Source: Octopus bimaculoides
Taxonomy: Eukaryota
DNA: 64,000 bases
Assembly: GCF_001194135.2 (NCBI RefSeq)
Contig: NC_068992.1
Location: 7,359,879-7,423,878 of the forward strand
Direction of reading: 5' to 3'
Shown: in pieces, positions 29,613 through 42,391 of the stretch
How positions within the stretch are numbered: position 1 is the stretch's first letter
Layout: each line of letters begins with the position of its first letter
The notes under the pieces: generated by a model
The model's input: only the letters and a program-made list of their open reading frames with translations
What the model was told of the DNA's origin: nothing
The model's database searches: none
Translations under genes and position numbers: made by a program

Positions 29613-31256
29613 TAAATTTCCTTGTCCAGTGTATCCTTCTAAAAATGGTATGTCATGATATGAGAGACATTTGGTTGTTATGTCTAGCAGATCAGTTGAC
29701 TGCAAAGAATTTCTTTTATTGGCTCATTTGTTATGCAATCAGCCATGTGATTACATTTAAAATGACTTGTTCTTTAGACAACTTCTGATTTTTTGGCTTT
29801 TACTGTAATCACATCCATAGGTTTGGTAATTGTCCACCACTTACACTACAGCTTCAGAGAACAATTATTGGACAAAATTTTGGTTATGGAAACACAATTC
29901 CATTTGAAACAGCTGTATTGTGCTTAAGTGTTTGACGTCCTTAGTTTATGATATTAGAGATTATAAGAAACGATTTGAGACAAAAAAAAAGGAAACAGAT
30001 CTACTGACAGGATTCAAGCCTTGTTTCTATTGCTTGCAAGATGATTGTGTTACCCCTTATACTACAGATGGCCAACTATTTCATTTTCTCTAATTATGCA
30101 ACATAATTTGTTTCTGCTATTTTAACTGTATTATTTTATTTTATCTCCATAGTATAATTTAGTCACCTAGCACTAGTAAGATAGGTTATTTTACTGATGT
30201 CAAGCACAATGAGTCCTGCTAGTGAGTTTGTTACATCTATTTTTAAGACTCATATTGCTGCTTATAACGTCTAATATAATTTACATCAAATTCTGGGCAG
30301 TAAATTCATGCTTCTTTTATTTTCTGACTTGCCTTTATTTGTTCTTTGTCTATGATAGAAAATTCATTTATTTCAAAGCAAAATGGGACATCTTTCTCCA
30401 CACTGTATATGTTCTATCTGTTTTTCCTGACTTAAATGTTTCAATCTTGATTTTATTTTAATTACCTCATCTTAAAGAATTGTCCCATTTATTCTTTGTA
30501 AGCCCACCCATAAATTCATAGACTACTACTTCGTTTTTGAACTTTTCTGCTTCAGTTGATTTCATTTTGACATGTTGTTCGAACTTCATATTGTCATATT
30601 TATTTCATATCTCTTGTGTTGAACTCTTGAAATAAAAACAAAACAACAGTAGAATTTTGGGTTTGCCTTTACATTATGCTTTTGAATAGATATCTGTTTT
30701 CAAAAAAGAATTCTAGTTGGTAAATATCTTGTAAGTTAATATCTTGTTAGTCATCAATGATATGGATATTTTGTTGTTTGTTTTTTATTTTTCTATTTTT
30801 TACTTCATGCTGTAGAGTTTGATAACAACTTTATCAAGCATGCTATATTACCCACTTTATCAAATTAGCTAATTTTATTCCACAAACTAATACTTGTCAT
30901 TAATTATACCCATAATATCCTCCAGAAAACTTGTACATTTTAACTTCTATATGTTTAAGTATTTCCTTCAAATTTTATTTTCAGTGCAATTAATTCAACT
31001 CATTCTTTTTTCTTTTCTTTTTTTTTTGTATGTATTGCAAAATGTGATATTTTTTGATATTTGATTAAATTTCTGTTTATCTCACAAAATAAATTCTAAT
31101 TTTTAATAATTTTCTTCATGATTTAAATTTATTGCATATTTAATTAAAATTTCCTTGACTCGTGTACTAAATATTGATCAACCTTTTAACATTACCTTTT
31201 CATTTTTTCTTAATATTTCAATAAAATCTTTCTGGTCATCTTCAGGTGCCATTTAG

Positions 31257-31285
31257 GTTTTTCTTCCTTCTTTTCACAGGTATGT
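31257..31285 (+). promoter_or_regulatory. Candidate recursive-splicing ratchet point or cryptic exon donor
   Basis: gtttttcttccttcttttcacag|gtatgt: a strong 3' splice site fused directly to a consensus 5' splice site, on the sense strand inside the 28.5-kb intron. Confidence 0.4.
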
Positions 31286-31375
31286 TTTTTTGGGATTAAG
31301 ATTAAATTGATGATGAAGTCACATGTTAATATACATGTACCTATGAAAGCATGCATGTATGTGTAGCTGTGTGTA

Positions 31376-31415
<40 letters not shown>

Positions 31416-31674
31416 NNNNNNNNNNAATAACACCAAATACAGAAATTGTTACTTCAAATAACTAATTATATTAAAAATTTTACTCATTAAAATATATATA
31501 ATTAGAAAAGCACTCAGAGAGCACAGACCTCCGCCAAGCAGCTCATTTTAACATAGATACACGAGTAAAATTACTAATAGAGAAACGAAAATAAACTTTA
31601 GAAACAGCAATTCTTGCTGACACAAACCACTCCAGTCTCATTGACTTCTGTTTTGTGTGTGTGTGTGTTTGTGA

Positions 31675-31890
31675 CTTTTTTACTGGTTTCAGTCATTGAA
31701 CTGCAGCCATACTGGGACACTATCTTGAAGAGTTTTAGTCAAATGAATCAACCTCAGTACTTGTGTTTAAACTTGGTACTTTGTCTCTTTTGTCAAACTG
31801 TTAAATCATAGAAACATCAGCAAATTAACACCAGTTGTCAAGTGGTGGGTAAGGACAAACACAAAAACACACACATAGAGATATATACAA

Positions 31891-31926
<36 letters not shown>

Positions 31927-32530
31927 ATAACAGGCTTCTTTCAGTTTCCATCTACCAAATCNNNNNNNNNNNNNNNNNNNNNNNNNNNNNNNNNNNNNNN
32001 NNNNNNNNNNNNNNNNNNNNNNNNNNNNNNNNNNNNNNNNNNNNNNNNNNNNNNNNNNNNNNNNNNNNNNNNNNNNNNNNNNNNNNNNNNNNNNNNNNNN
32101 NNNNNNNNNNNNNNNNNNNNNNNNNNNNNNNNNNNNNNNNNNNNNNNNNNNNNNNNNNNNNNNNNNNNNNNNNNNNNNNNNNNNNNNNNNNNNNNNNNNN
32201 NNNNNNNNNNNNNNNNNNNNNNNNNNNNNNNNNNTCTATTGGTCTCTTTTGCTAAACCGCTAAGTTATGGGGATGTAAACACACCACCATCGGTTGTCAA
32301 GCGATGTTGGGGGACAAACACAGACACACAAACATATACACACACATACATATATATACATATATGCGATGAGCTTCTTTCAGTTTCTGTCTACCAAATC
32401 CACTCACAAGGCTTTGGTCGTCCTGAGGCTATAGTAGAAGACACTTGCCCAAGGTGCCACGCAGTGTGAATGAACCCGGAACCATGTGGTTGGTAAGCAA
32501 GCTACTTACCACACAGCCACTCCTGCGCCT
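31675..32530 (-). mobile_element. One or two CORE-like composite SINE copies split by an assembly gap
   Basis: 32234-32530 is nearly identical to 26040-26355; 31675-31961 is a more diverged 3' module. Confidence 0.8.
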
Positions 32531-33409
32531 GTGTATATAATATTTGTATTTACTAAACTTTGTGTATGAAAAATAACCAAGTGCTCAATATGCATTTGTG
32601 TTAGAAATGTGTAGAGTCTGTATTAACTGTGTGTTGTTAAGCAAGATTATTTCCTCCTATCAAATGACTTTGTACAGTTGACTAATGTCTGAAATAATGG
32701 ATATGGAAAAGTAGACAGAGTATTCAAAAGTATTTTTGATTGATTGTGTGGCTGGTGGCTGGTGGCTGGTAGCTAGTGGCAGGTAGCTAGTGGCAGGATT
32801 GGTTTGTGGTGTTATTGATGAAATTCACTCTCTTCATAAGTATTAGCAGGTGATTCAACTTTAGATATGATCAGAACTGACCAACCACATCACAAACCAC
32901 TCAACCAATCAAAAGGCACCCAACAACTTTTAAATACCCTGACTACCAATCCATTTCCATTATTTCAGACTCACTGATTAATATGGTTGACTGATGTCAA
33001 CTGCACAAAACATTTAGATATAATCAAATAATCCACTTCACCATATTATATATGTATGTGTGTGTGTGTGTGTGTGCGTGTGTGTGCGTATGTGTGTGTA
33101 CGTGTGTGTGTGTAGATAGATAGATAGATAGATAGATAATGTATATTTGCTTCCCCTGTATTTTTAGGAATATCAAATTTCTGAAGTCCTGCCATATTAT
33201 GTAATGTTATAATGCAAAACACATTTTTATTGACTCCAATATTTGTTTATTTCTATGTTACATGGAAGTCAAAAGGTTATGGGTGTCATGTATTGGAATT
33301 TCTGCATTTGAGGAACATGGTTTTATTTAATATGAGGGATTCCTGCATAATATATATGCATATATATATATATCATCATCATCTTTATTTAATATCCATT
33401 TTCCATGCC

Positions 33410-33455
<46 letters not shown>

Positions 33456-33809
33456 TATATAGATAGGGTGATAAATTGAATATTAATTCAATTTAAAACC
33501 AAGTGGCCTAGCCTATAAAAAAATCTGAAAATTCAGAAAAAATTGTATTATGTGTATAAGCGATGACCACTAGGTGGACATCCAATATGCTAGAAAGAGG
33601 TCATCAACGACCCAACCACAAAGAAAAATAATGTTCTCCAGAAAAAATTTTGCAAAACACCACAACAGGACGTAACCACATCTGTGTTCTCGTCAGCACA
33701 ACCATTCTAGAATCAATATAATTTGCAGAACTATACACAAATTGTCTTCATGAAATAAGACTTGCATACAGTTCTACCGATTACATTGGGGTTATTTTTC
33801 AAGAAGGTG

Positions 33810-34392
33810 CACAAGAAGGTTAACAGAGAAAGTAATCTATACCTGGCAGATGTGCAGGTGCATTAAACACTAGGAATGTACAGAAAATAGACTTCCTCTA
33901 ATGTCCAGGAGATTCTTAGAAGTAGTAGACAGTTTCTGTTAGTTAGGCAACCAAGTTAGCAGGGGAGGAGGTAGTTCTGTAGGCATAACTGCTATAATGT
34001 GAAAAGGCTAGGCAAAGTTCAGAGAGCTATCTTTGTTAGTAGGAAAGAGTCTCTCCTTCACAGTGAAAGATAAATTGTATGGTGGCCTGTGTACTAACAG
34101 CTGTGCTACATTGCAGTGAGACATGGGCTGTGAATACTGAGGACATGCAAAGGCTTGAAAGAAATGAAACCAGCACGCTCTGCTGGATGGGTAATGTGTG
34201 TGTGTATGTATGACAGAGTGTGAGTTGAGAGAAAAATTGGGTGTATGAGACGTCAGATGTAGTGTGCAAGAGAGAGGACTACACTAGTATGGTCATGTGA
34301 TGCATATGGACAAGGACAGCTGCATCAAGAAGTGCTGGTCTCTAATTGCAGAGTGAATGTGTGGAAGGGGTAGACCCAGAAAGACATGGAAA
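33810..34392 (+). mobile_element. RTE LINE C-terminal fragment
   Basis: Across stops and frameshifts: GRLTEKV...GRCAGALNT...LEVVDSFC.LG...KFREL...SETWAV.TEDMQRLERNE...GHVMHMDKDSCIKKC...GRGRPRKTW. Confidence 0.85.
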
Positions 34393-34574
34393 GGTAAAAT
34401 GCTGATCCCTGATGTATTTTAAATGAAAGACAAAACTAGTTGGTTTACTCATTTTCAGCTACCAAAAACCCTTTTCTTCATATTAGGGGCCTATTTTCAC
34501 AGCAAGTGCAAACAAGTTTACTAAACATGGTATGACACATGACTTTATGTACATATCTATATCTACATATCTAT

Positions 34575-34641
<67 letters not shown>

Positions 34642-36086
34642 NNNNNNNNNNTACATGCATACACACACACACACACATACATACATACATATATATATTT
34701 GGCATCTCAATAGATGATTGGCTTATACACATACCAATCAAAGCTTATTAAAAGCAAGATGAAACTAAAACTAATAGTCATTTCCTTTGTGCTTAATAAC
34801 TAATAACTAATCGCAGAAATATCAACATGTAATATTTTTCTTATTTCTGTGTCTGTTATGTTGAAACATTCACCAACACCAACTTCATTTGGTTTTTTTT
34901 AATCCATATTTTTCTTTCATCAAACAGAATATTATTTGAATGAGAAAGATAAATAATTTCTACTTAATCATTTTTACTTCTTTTCCAGGTTCTTGTTTGT
35001 CTTATTTATTTTAATTAACATCAGTTTTAATAGATTTTCTTCTTGCTCTTCCACTAATGTTCATTAATATTCTTAGTATTACTTTAATTGACGTGGATGG
35101 AAGTGGAATGCATCTATATATTTGATTCGTCTAAACTTCTGATATAAACTTGTGAAGTAAAGCTCGTTAATATTTCTGTTTTTGATTTTGTTAATAATTT
35201 ATTGACTTTAAACCTATTTCAATTATTTTTGAGTTTTGGGTGTTTTGGGAGTTTTTTTGGGGGGGGGGTTCTTTGTTTTATATTTTTCTTTTGATATTCC
35301 AGTTGTTTGTAGATCCCATCACCCTTTGGAAAAAATAATTTGTATACACATTTCTATTGCTGTTCTAACTTCTGCTGTTTACCATCCTGTTCAGCCTTGG
35401 TCAAGAAGACCTGTAGTCAGGCATTCCAGCCATGACCACAGCATCTTATTTTCAGGTGTATTGCAACGGACACCACATATTCAATGTCTCCTTTGTTTTT
35501 TAAGACAAGGTGTGGCAATTTGCAATTCAAGGGACATTTTGGTGCTATTTTTAGCAAGTTGAATGTCCACACAATTGTCCCTTATTGCCTCATGTATCAT
35601 GTATTTCTCTTTCCCCATGTATTAAGTATCATTTTCTTCTCATACGAAGTGTCTCCCTCTTTACTATACCACCTATGTCAGGTATTTTTGCAAGCACATT
35701 CATATGAGCTTTCTAAATATATATAAGCATAGTGAACCCTTATTTAAAACTATATGATTCATCTAAATTCGAAATCAGCCAAACAGGCATCCACTGGCCA
35801 GCATTTGGTTTTTTTTTCAATTCATTATCGTTTCCTCATTAAAACTGCAGCAATTCATTTTCTGAAGTGAGAGACTTCATTTGCAAATCAAATCCTCATC
35901 ATGATGAGATGCTGTGCCAGGGGAATGAAGTATAATGTGTAGAGAGACCTACAAATAAATTATAGAACTCTATATTTGACAATACATAGAGTATTTAATT
36001 GAAAGCGGTCTTATTTTTTTATACAATAGTACATATCATGCATTGATCAATATGGGCCACTTATATTATTTATTTATTTATATATA

Positions 36087-36434
36087 GGCATAGGAATGGC
36101 TATGTGATAAGTAGCTTGCTTACCAACCACATGGTTCCGGGTTCAGTCCCACACTGCGTGGCATCTTGGGCAAGTGTCTTCTACTATAGCCTCGGGCCAA
36201 CCAAAGCTTTGTGAGTGAATTTGGTAGACGGAAACTGAAAGAAGCCCGTCGTATATATGTATATATATGTGTGTGTGTGTGTTTGTGTGTATGTGTTTGT
36301 CCCCCAACATCGCTTGACAACCGATGCTGGTGTGTTTACATTCCCGTAACTTAGCGGTTCAGCAAAAGAGACCAATAGAATAAGTACTAGGCTTACAAAG
36401 AATAAGTCCTGGGGTCGATTTGCTCGACTAAAGG
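36087..36434 (+). mobile_element. CORE-like composite SINE
   Basis: GGCATAGGAATGGCTATGTGATAAGTAGCTTGCTTACCAACCACATGGTTCCGGGTTCAGTCCC..., running into a gap. Confidence 0.88.
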
Positions 36435-36588
36435 NNNNNNNNNNNNNNNNNNNNNNNNNNNNNNNNNNNNNNNNNNNNNNNNNNNNNNNNNNNNNNNNNN
36501 NNNNNNNNNNNNNNNNNNNNNNNNNNNNNNNNNNNNNNNNNNNNNNNNNNNNNNNNNNNNNNNNNNNNNNNNNNNNNNNNNNNNNNNN

Positions 36589-36633
<45 letters not shown>

Positions 36634-37377
36634 TATGCTTACACATTGAAGTTATATATATATTGTATATCCATATATGTAATATTTATCATATATAAAG
36701 CAGCAAGCTAGCAGAATCATTAACATGCCAGACAAAATGCTTGGTAGCATATCTTTCAAGTGAATGTTTTGAGTCCAAATGCCACCAAGTTGACTTTGTT
36801 TTTGTAGGGTTGATAAAATGAATACCAGATGAGCACACGAGGGTCAATGTACTCGACTTACCCCTTCCCTAAAATTACGAGCCATGTACCAATATTTACC
36901 AATACCGCTCATATATATATATAAAAGCATGGAGATAAATGTTTTAACAAGAGTTGGTATATTTAGTTTAGCCATGTCATGTGAATATACAGTGTGTTCC
37001 TCCATTTCTGATGCTGTCAGGTTGACGTGCAGCCCCTGATGGGATTTCCTTGATGAGTGCTATGTGCCTGTTGTAGAATTTTCATGGGAGAATAACATAG
37101 AGGATTTCTCATTGCCTTCTGGTCATGTATTGTATATGCTCTATGGGAAATAGAATGTGTTGAGAAAGAAAAGAACCGGGTATAGAGTGAACCAAGAATA
37201 AATATTTAAAGAAGGTCTGAGAAACTTAAGCATATTAAAAGACAATCAATGAGGGATTCAAAGAATATTTGAGATGCCTGAGAGAAAATGTCCTGTCAAG
37301 CTATCTGAGCTCTGCTCTTATGAAATAAAAGGACATCATATTATTAAAGAAGGGAAAATACAACAATGATTATACAG

Positions 37378-37652
37378 TTCTATATTTAAGAGATGAATTA
37401 TGTACATTATTTACATTTGACGGATATTTGTCCTCATCTTGTCTGCTGTTAACACAACGTTTCAGCCGATATACCCTCCAGTCTTCATCAAATGTCTTGG
37501 GGAAATTTTGAATCTGGGTTCTCATTCCTAAGGTATTTTTTGATGTTATTATTATTATCATTATTATTATTGTTGTTGTTGTTCAGGTCACTGCTTGGAA
37601 TTGAACTCAGAATCTTGGGGTTAGTAGCCAGCGCTCTTAACCACTATGCCAC
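37378..37652 (-). mobile_element. tRNA-head / hammerhead-tail SINE-like element, copy 1
   Basis: Minus strand: A-box-like TGGCATAGTGGTTAAGAG, B-box-like GAGTTCAATTCC, (AAT/AAC)n linker, tail with GACAT-TTGATGA...GAAACGTT-GTGTT at 37451-37496. Colinear with copies 2 and 3. Confidence 0.75.
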
Positions 37653-37661
37653 TTGTACATT

Positions 37662-37703
<42 letters not shown>

Positions 37704-38224
37704 TCATCATCCTCATCATCATCATCGTTTAACGTCCGCTTTCCATGCTAGCATGGGTTGGACGATTTGACTGAGGACTGGTGAAACCGGATGGCAACAC
37801 CAGCCTCCAATCTGATTTGGCAGAGTTTCTACAGCTGGATGCCCTTCCTAACGCCAACCANNNNNNNNNNNNNNNNNNNNNNNNNNNNNNNNNNNNNNNN
37901 NNNNNNNNNNNNNNNNNNNNNNNNNNNNNNNNNNNNNNNNNNNNNNNNNNNNNNNNNNNNNNNNNNNNNNNNNNNNNNNNNNNNNNNNNNNNNNNNNNNN
38001 NNNNNNNNNNNNNNNNNNNNNNNNNNNNNNNNNNNNNNNNNNNNNNNNNNNNNNNNNNNNNNNNNNNNNNNNNNNNNNNNNNNNNNNNNNNNNNNNNGCC
38101 AGTCAGGCGGTACTGGCAACAGCTACGCTCAAAATGGTGTATTTTATGTGCCACCCGCACAAGAGCCAGTCTAGAGGCACTGGCAATGTTCTCGCTCGAA
38201 AATCCTACGAAGGCCAGTCAGGCG

Positions 38225-38230
<6 letters not shown>
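37704..38230 (-). mobile_element. RTE-LINE 3' tail element with (GAT)n end and tandem 3'-UTR units, gap inside
   Basis: CATCATCGTTTAACGTCCGCTTTCCATGCTAGCATGGGTTGGACG...GGATGCCCTTCCTAACGCCAACC; homologous to the 3' end of the RTE copy at 57826-58010. Confidence 0.82.
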
Positions 38231-38259
<29 letters not shown>

Positions 38260-38818
38260 TCGGATTTGTGTGAATTCGATTTATTCAATAACAAGGGGTA
38301 GAAATAAATGCGTGTAAAGATTTTCATAGCAAAAGTGTGTATAGAAATAAATTTGAATAGAAACAAATGTATATAGAAAACTTTGTGTGCATTAAAAAAA
38401 TGTAGTATTTATATATACAGGCATCGTGTAAAGTCTATCAAAATAAGATGAGCTAAGCTTAGTGTTTCTAAATATATTTGAGTATAACAAAAATGTGTAT
38501 CTATATATGAAGCTTCTTGTATATCTATACCATAAGTTTCATTCAGATGGCAAAACTATACGCAATTAATTCTCTCATTAGTTATTTTTTTCTAAATGTA
38601 TCTGTTTTCTCTTTAACTGTCATCTCTGAATGCTTTCTCCAATTTTGATTTGTTGATAAATGTAGAGGATGGATCTGATAATTTACTGAATGTCTTTTTC
38701 TCTTTCCATAATATTTGTTTTATTGTGGAATTAGGATGGCAGCATATAAAATATTAGTGGTGTATTTCGGTAATTCTTGCTATATTTTGCTAATTCTTTT
38801 CTGAATTTTATGCATATA

Positions 38819-38867
<49 letters not shown>

Positions 38868-39282
38868 ATATTTTCCTTTGAGTTTTATTTAAGTTCCTCT
38901 TAAGAGAGTTCAAGCCAGTCACTAGTAAAGCGACAAGACTGTTTGAGTTTGTAGATATGCGGCAGTGTTGGTGTGTTAGTTGAGCTGCCAGTGCTCACAC
39001 CCAAATGTGTGCATCTATTCACCTAAAGAATCTCAGATGGAGAATCTTTGGAATGTCTAACAAATCTTCCTTGTGCTGCTAATAGATTGGATGATTCAAA
39101 GAATTCACATCATCTTCTTTTGCTCTTTCTTCAAACAATGCGGCTAACCCCTGAGGGTGAATGCTACTGTTGCTTTTAGCCCCAGGAGAACATCTCCTCC
39201 AGCTGGCTATTGACACACTTTCTGTGCCTTGTTGGTATTTGCAAAGGGAAGTCATCCTTCCCATCATCGATCTGACGAGATA

Positions 39283-39327
39283 CGCACGGACCCAGGTTTC
39301 TGGGTATTTACCTTTCGTCAGTGTACA
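39283..39327 (-). ncRNA. Degenerate hammerhead motif of a second family, within an unclassified higher-GC repeat (about 39020-39420)
   Basis: Minus strand: TGTACA-CTGACGA-aaGGTaaatACCca-GAA-ACCTGGGT-C^CGTGCG. Core and GUC triplet present; helix II is weakened; helix III is one change from the palindrome ACCCGGGT. Confidence 0.55.
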
Positions 39328-40319
39328 ACAATCACTGATCTTCAATGCGAAGGGCTCCCAATGCAAATACATATATCTTTTTTGCAGTGACGAAAATTCA
39401 CTGATCTCAAAAAAGTGTAAACAAGCAATAATAAATCTCTGAACGAGGTATAAACAGTAGTTGCACGTGCAGCTACTGTTTANNNNNNNNNNNNNNNNNN
39501 NNNNNNNNNNNNNNNNNNNNNNNNNNNNNNNNNNNNNNNNNNNNNNNNNNNNNNNNNNNNNNNNNNNNNNNNNNNNNNNNNNNNNNNNNNNNNNNNNNNN
39601 NNNNNNNNNNNNNNNNNNNNNNNNNNNNNNNNNNNNNNNNNNNNNNNNNNNNNNNNNNNNNNNNNNNNNNNNNNNNNNNNNNNNNNNNNNNNNNNNNNNN
39701 NNNNNNNNNNNNNNNNNNNNNNNNNNNNNNNNNNNNNNNNNNNNNNNNNNNNNNNNNNNNNNNNNNNNNNNNNNNNNNNNNNNNNNNNNNNNNNNNNNNN
39801 NNNNNNNNNNNNTAAATAATTTGTTAAATTCAAAAGTTATATCATTAGTGTGTTGTTGAGTTTCATTGTTGTCAAAGAAAAAGGTGAGCCATCTGATATG
39901 GTTGATAAATATTTTGTATAATATATAAATAAATAAATGGAGTTAAATGCAGGTGTTATTCAAATTCTTTCACTTCCGACACATGTTTCACATAATGCCG
40001 GAGTTTCTACCTTTAAAAACAAGTAGTGTTAAATGAAATATTTTGTAATATTTTTTGTCCACTACTAAAACAGTGAGCTGGCTCAATCATTAGATGCCAG
40101 GCAAAATGTTTAGCAGTATTTTCTCCATTTTTACATTCTGAGTTCAAATTCCTCCAAGGTTGACCTTGCCTTTCATCATTTTGAGGTTGATAAAATAAGT
40201 ACCAATTGAATGTAATTGACTTACCCCTTCCCCCGAACTTACTGGTCTTGTGCCAAATTTTGAGACAAACATTTCATCAAAAGCTCTATAAAGATTCTTC
40301 ACATGTTTGTGAAGGTGTG

Positions 40320-40525
40320 TTGACTAATGGTTTAAGATCATGGATCAGTTCCTGGACTGGATGGTGTGTTCTTGAGCAAGACACTTCATTTCATATTGCT
40401 CCAGTCCATGCTGCTGTGAATGAGTTCCAGTAAAAGCTGGGAAGTTAACCTTGTGATGGACTGGCATCTCATTTAGTGGGAACGGTTGTCATTTCAGTTG
40501 ATTAGACACTGCAGAAACCGGTTAA
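40320..40525 (+). mobile_element. Degenerate SINE of the 4556 family
   Basis: GTGTTCTTGAGCAAGACACTTCATTTCATATTGCTCCAGTCC; another degenerate copy lies at about 44790-45010. Confidence 0.65.
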
Positions 40526-40962
40526 ACTCTGGCTTTACGGGTCCTAGGGTACATACATATTCATGCATACATGTATCCATGCATACACATGCACATAGAT
40601 ATGACAATATATTTATATATATATATACATATATACACACATGTACGCATACACACACACAAATATATATAAGGACTATTTATAAATATACAATACATAC
40701 AAATATACTCGTACATACACCTTACACATACAGATAGATGGACAAACCTACATATATATATTTATATGTTTATTTATTTATGTATTTATTTATTATTAAC
40801 AATTATTTTTGTTAACCCTGATATTATCCTGTTGTTATTTTTCTTATGCTCTTGTCATTATTTGTGAATTATTTTTCTCCAAATTATATTTTACCTTGTT
40901 CTCAGCCCAATTCACATCTAATTATTTGCTTTTTTTTTCTTTTCTCGCATCTGCATGCACAG

Positions 40963-40986
40963 CTACAACCAACAATATCCGACGCG
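40963..40986 (+). CDS. 24-nt microexon (A-T-T-N-N-I-R-R) of the same Ig gene
   Basis: CTAAT branch point at 40918-40922, long polypyrimidine tract, cag| acceptor, |gtaagc donor. Phase 1-1 fits the upstream exon exactly, giving ...VEVLN-ATTNNIRR, which resembles the recalled 'VLN-x-x-TNN-x-KR' segment after the second Ig of molluscan zig-8-like proteins. Confidence 0.8.
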
Positions 40987-41245
40987 GTAAGCAAAACCTT
41001 TTCTGTTTCTTTGCATCTCATTTTCATTTGTTTTTATTTTTATTTTCATCTTTATTTTTGGCATGGGAGTTGTTTAATTCATTTATATATTGTTTCTTTT
41101 TTGTTTGCATTGAAATTTTACCTCAGTTAACCCCCTTTGTAAATTTTGGTATTTTTTTTTTTTATATTCCCCTAAAATATTTAAGTTATAAAATTGCTTC
41201 TTAAAATGGGGGAGGTTGAAAGCATTTTCAATTAACAACTACATT

Positions 41246-41287
<42 letters not shown>

Positions 41288-41399
41288 TATATATATATGT
41301 ATATAAACATACACACATAGTGTGTGTATAGAATGTTTTTATATATATTATATATGTATATGTACACGTATGTATGTATGTATGTTTATATAGTTTTGC

Positions 41400-41995
41400 C
41401 ATACATCATCCTGTAATGAACCTGGACTAATCATCAATGATGGCCACTGAGGTCATTAGACATTTTGGGTCTTTCAACATGACCCTTTTTCACTTGAATG
41501 ACCCAGCTGGGATTGATCAAGCCCAAGCTTGTGTCCTGTCAGCACTAAGCTTGGTAGCCCCTTTCCTTCACCACCAGGGCTGGCACCTCATGATCCACAG
41601 CCACCTTGAGGCAACCTCTGCCTTCCAATGACTGGCCCCTGTGATACCCAGCATGTTGTAGGCTCTGCAGAGAGATCAGCCTGCAAACTTTGAGTATCCC
41701 ACCTTAATGGGATCACACCTTGCATGCTCTGGCATAGCTCTACCAGCTCAGCATATTACGTTTATTTTCTCTCATTTACCTCCTTAATTCGGGTCTCCCA
41801 GAGAATGAAGAATTCTAATAGAATCATGTGCTTGGACGCTTCCAAGATCAGCACCATTTCCAACCTTTGTGATGATGCTGCAGTAACAGTTTCTGGAAAC
41901 TTCAGCTAATTCCCCAGAGTGATTTCCAGCTTCCAGGTTTTTACTGCTGCGTGTAGGCCTGGGGAAACAAACTTGGCAGCTGGTACTGTTGTCGC
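41400..41995 (-). mobile_element. Decayed RLE-type non-LTR retrotransposon (HERO-like, R2 group): endonuclease C-terminus plus 3' UTR
   Basis: Minus strand: [16 protein letters not shown]...RLEMVLILEASKHMILLEFFILWETRIKEVNERK*T*YAELVELC...FAG*SLCRAYNMLGITGASHWKAEVASRWLWIMRCQPWW*. Matches the LRPD...ELTVPWE...ERK..KY..L...ASRWLW pattern. Confidence 0.8.
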
Positions 41996-42029
41996 ACCAT
42001 CGCGACAAAGGTGCTACGTATATAAATGC

Positions 42030-42153
42030 AGAGATACACACATATATATATTTACATATACATGTATATGTGCATTTGTGTATCTATGTGTGTGTGTGTC
42101 TTTCTCTCTATATGTATATATGTTTGTGTGTATATATACATATTGTGTGTGTA

Positions 42154-42212
<59 letters not shown>

Positions 42213-42307
42213 TGTATATATATGGATATACATGCATGTATACATATATTGTGTCTGTGTGTATATATATGTATGAATATTTCTTGTATATATCTATGTC
42301 TATATAT

Positions 42308-42340
<33 letters not shown>

Positions 42341-42356
42341 ATTATATATAATTATA

Positions 42357-42391
<35 letters not shown>

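Noticed and set aside
31220-31250. Minus-strand CTGAAGA-tgacca-GAAA
   Set aside because: Helix II cannot form and there is no cleavage triplet or helix I.
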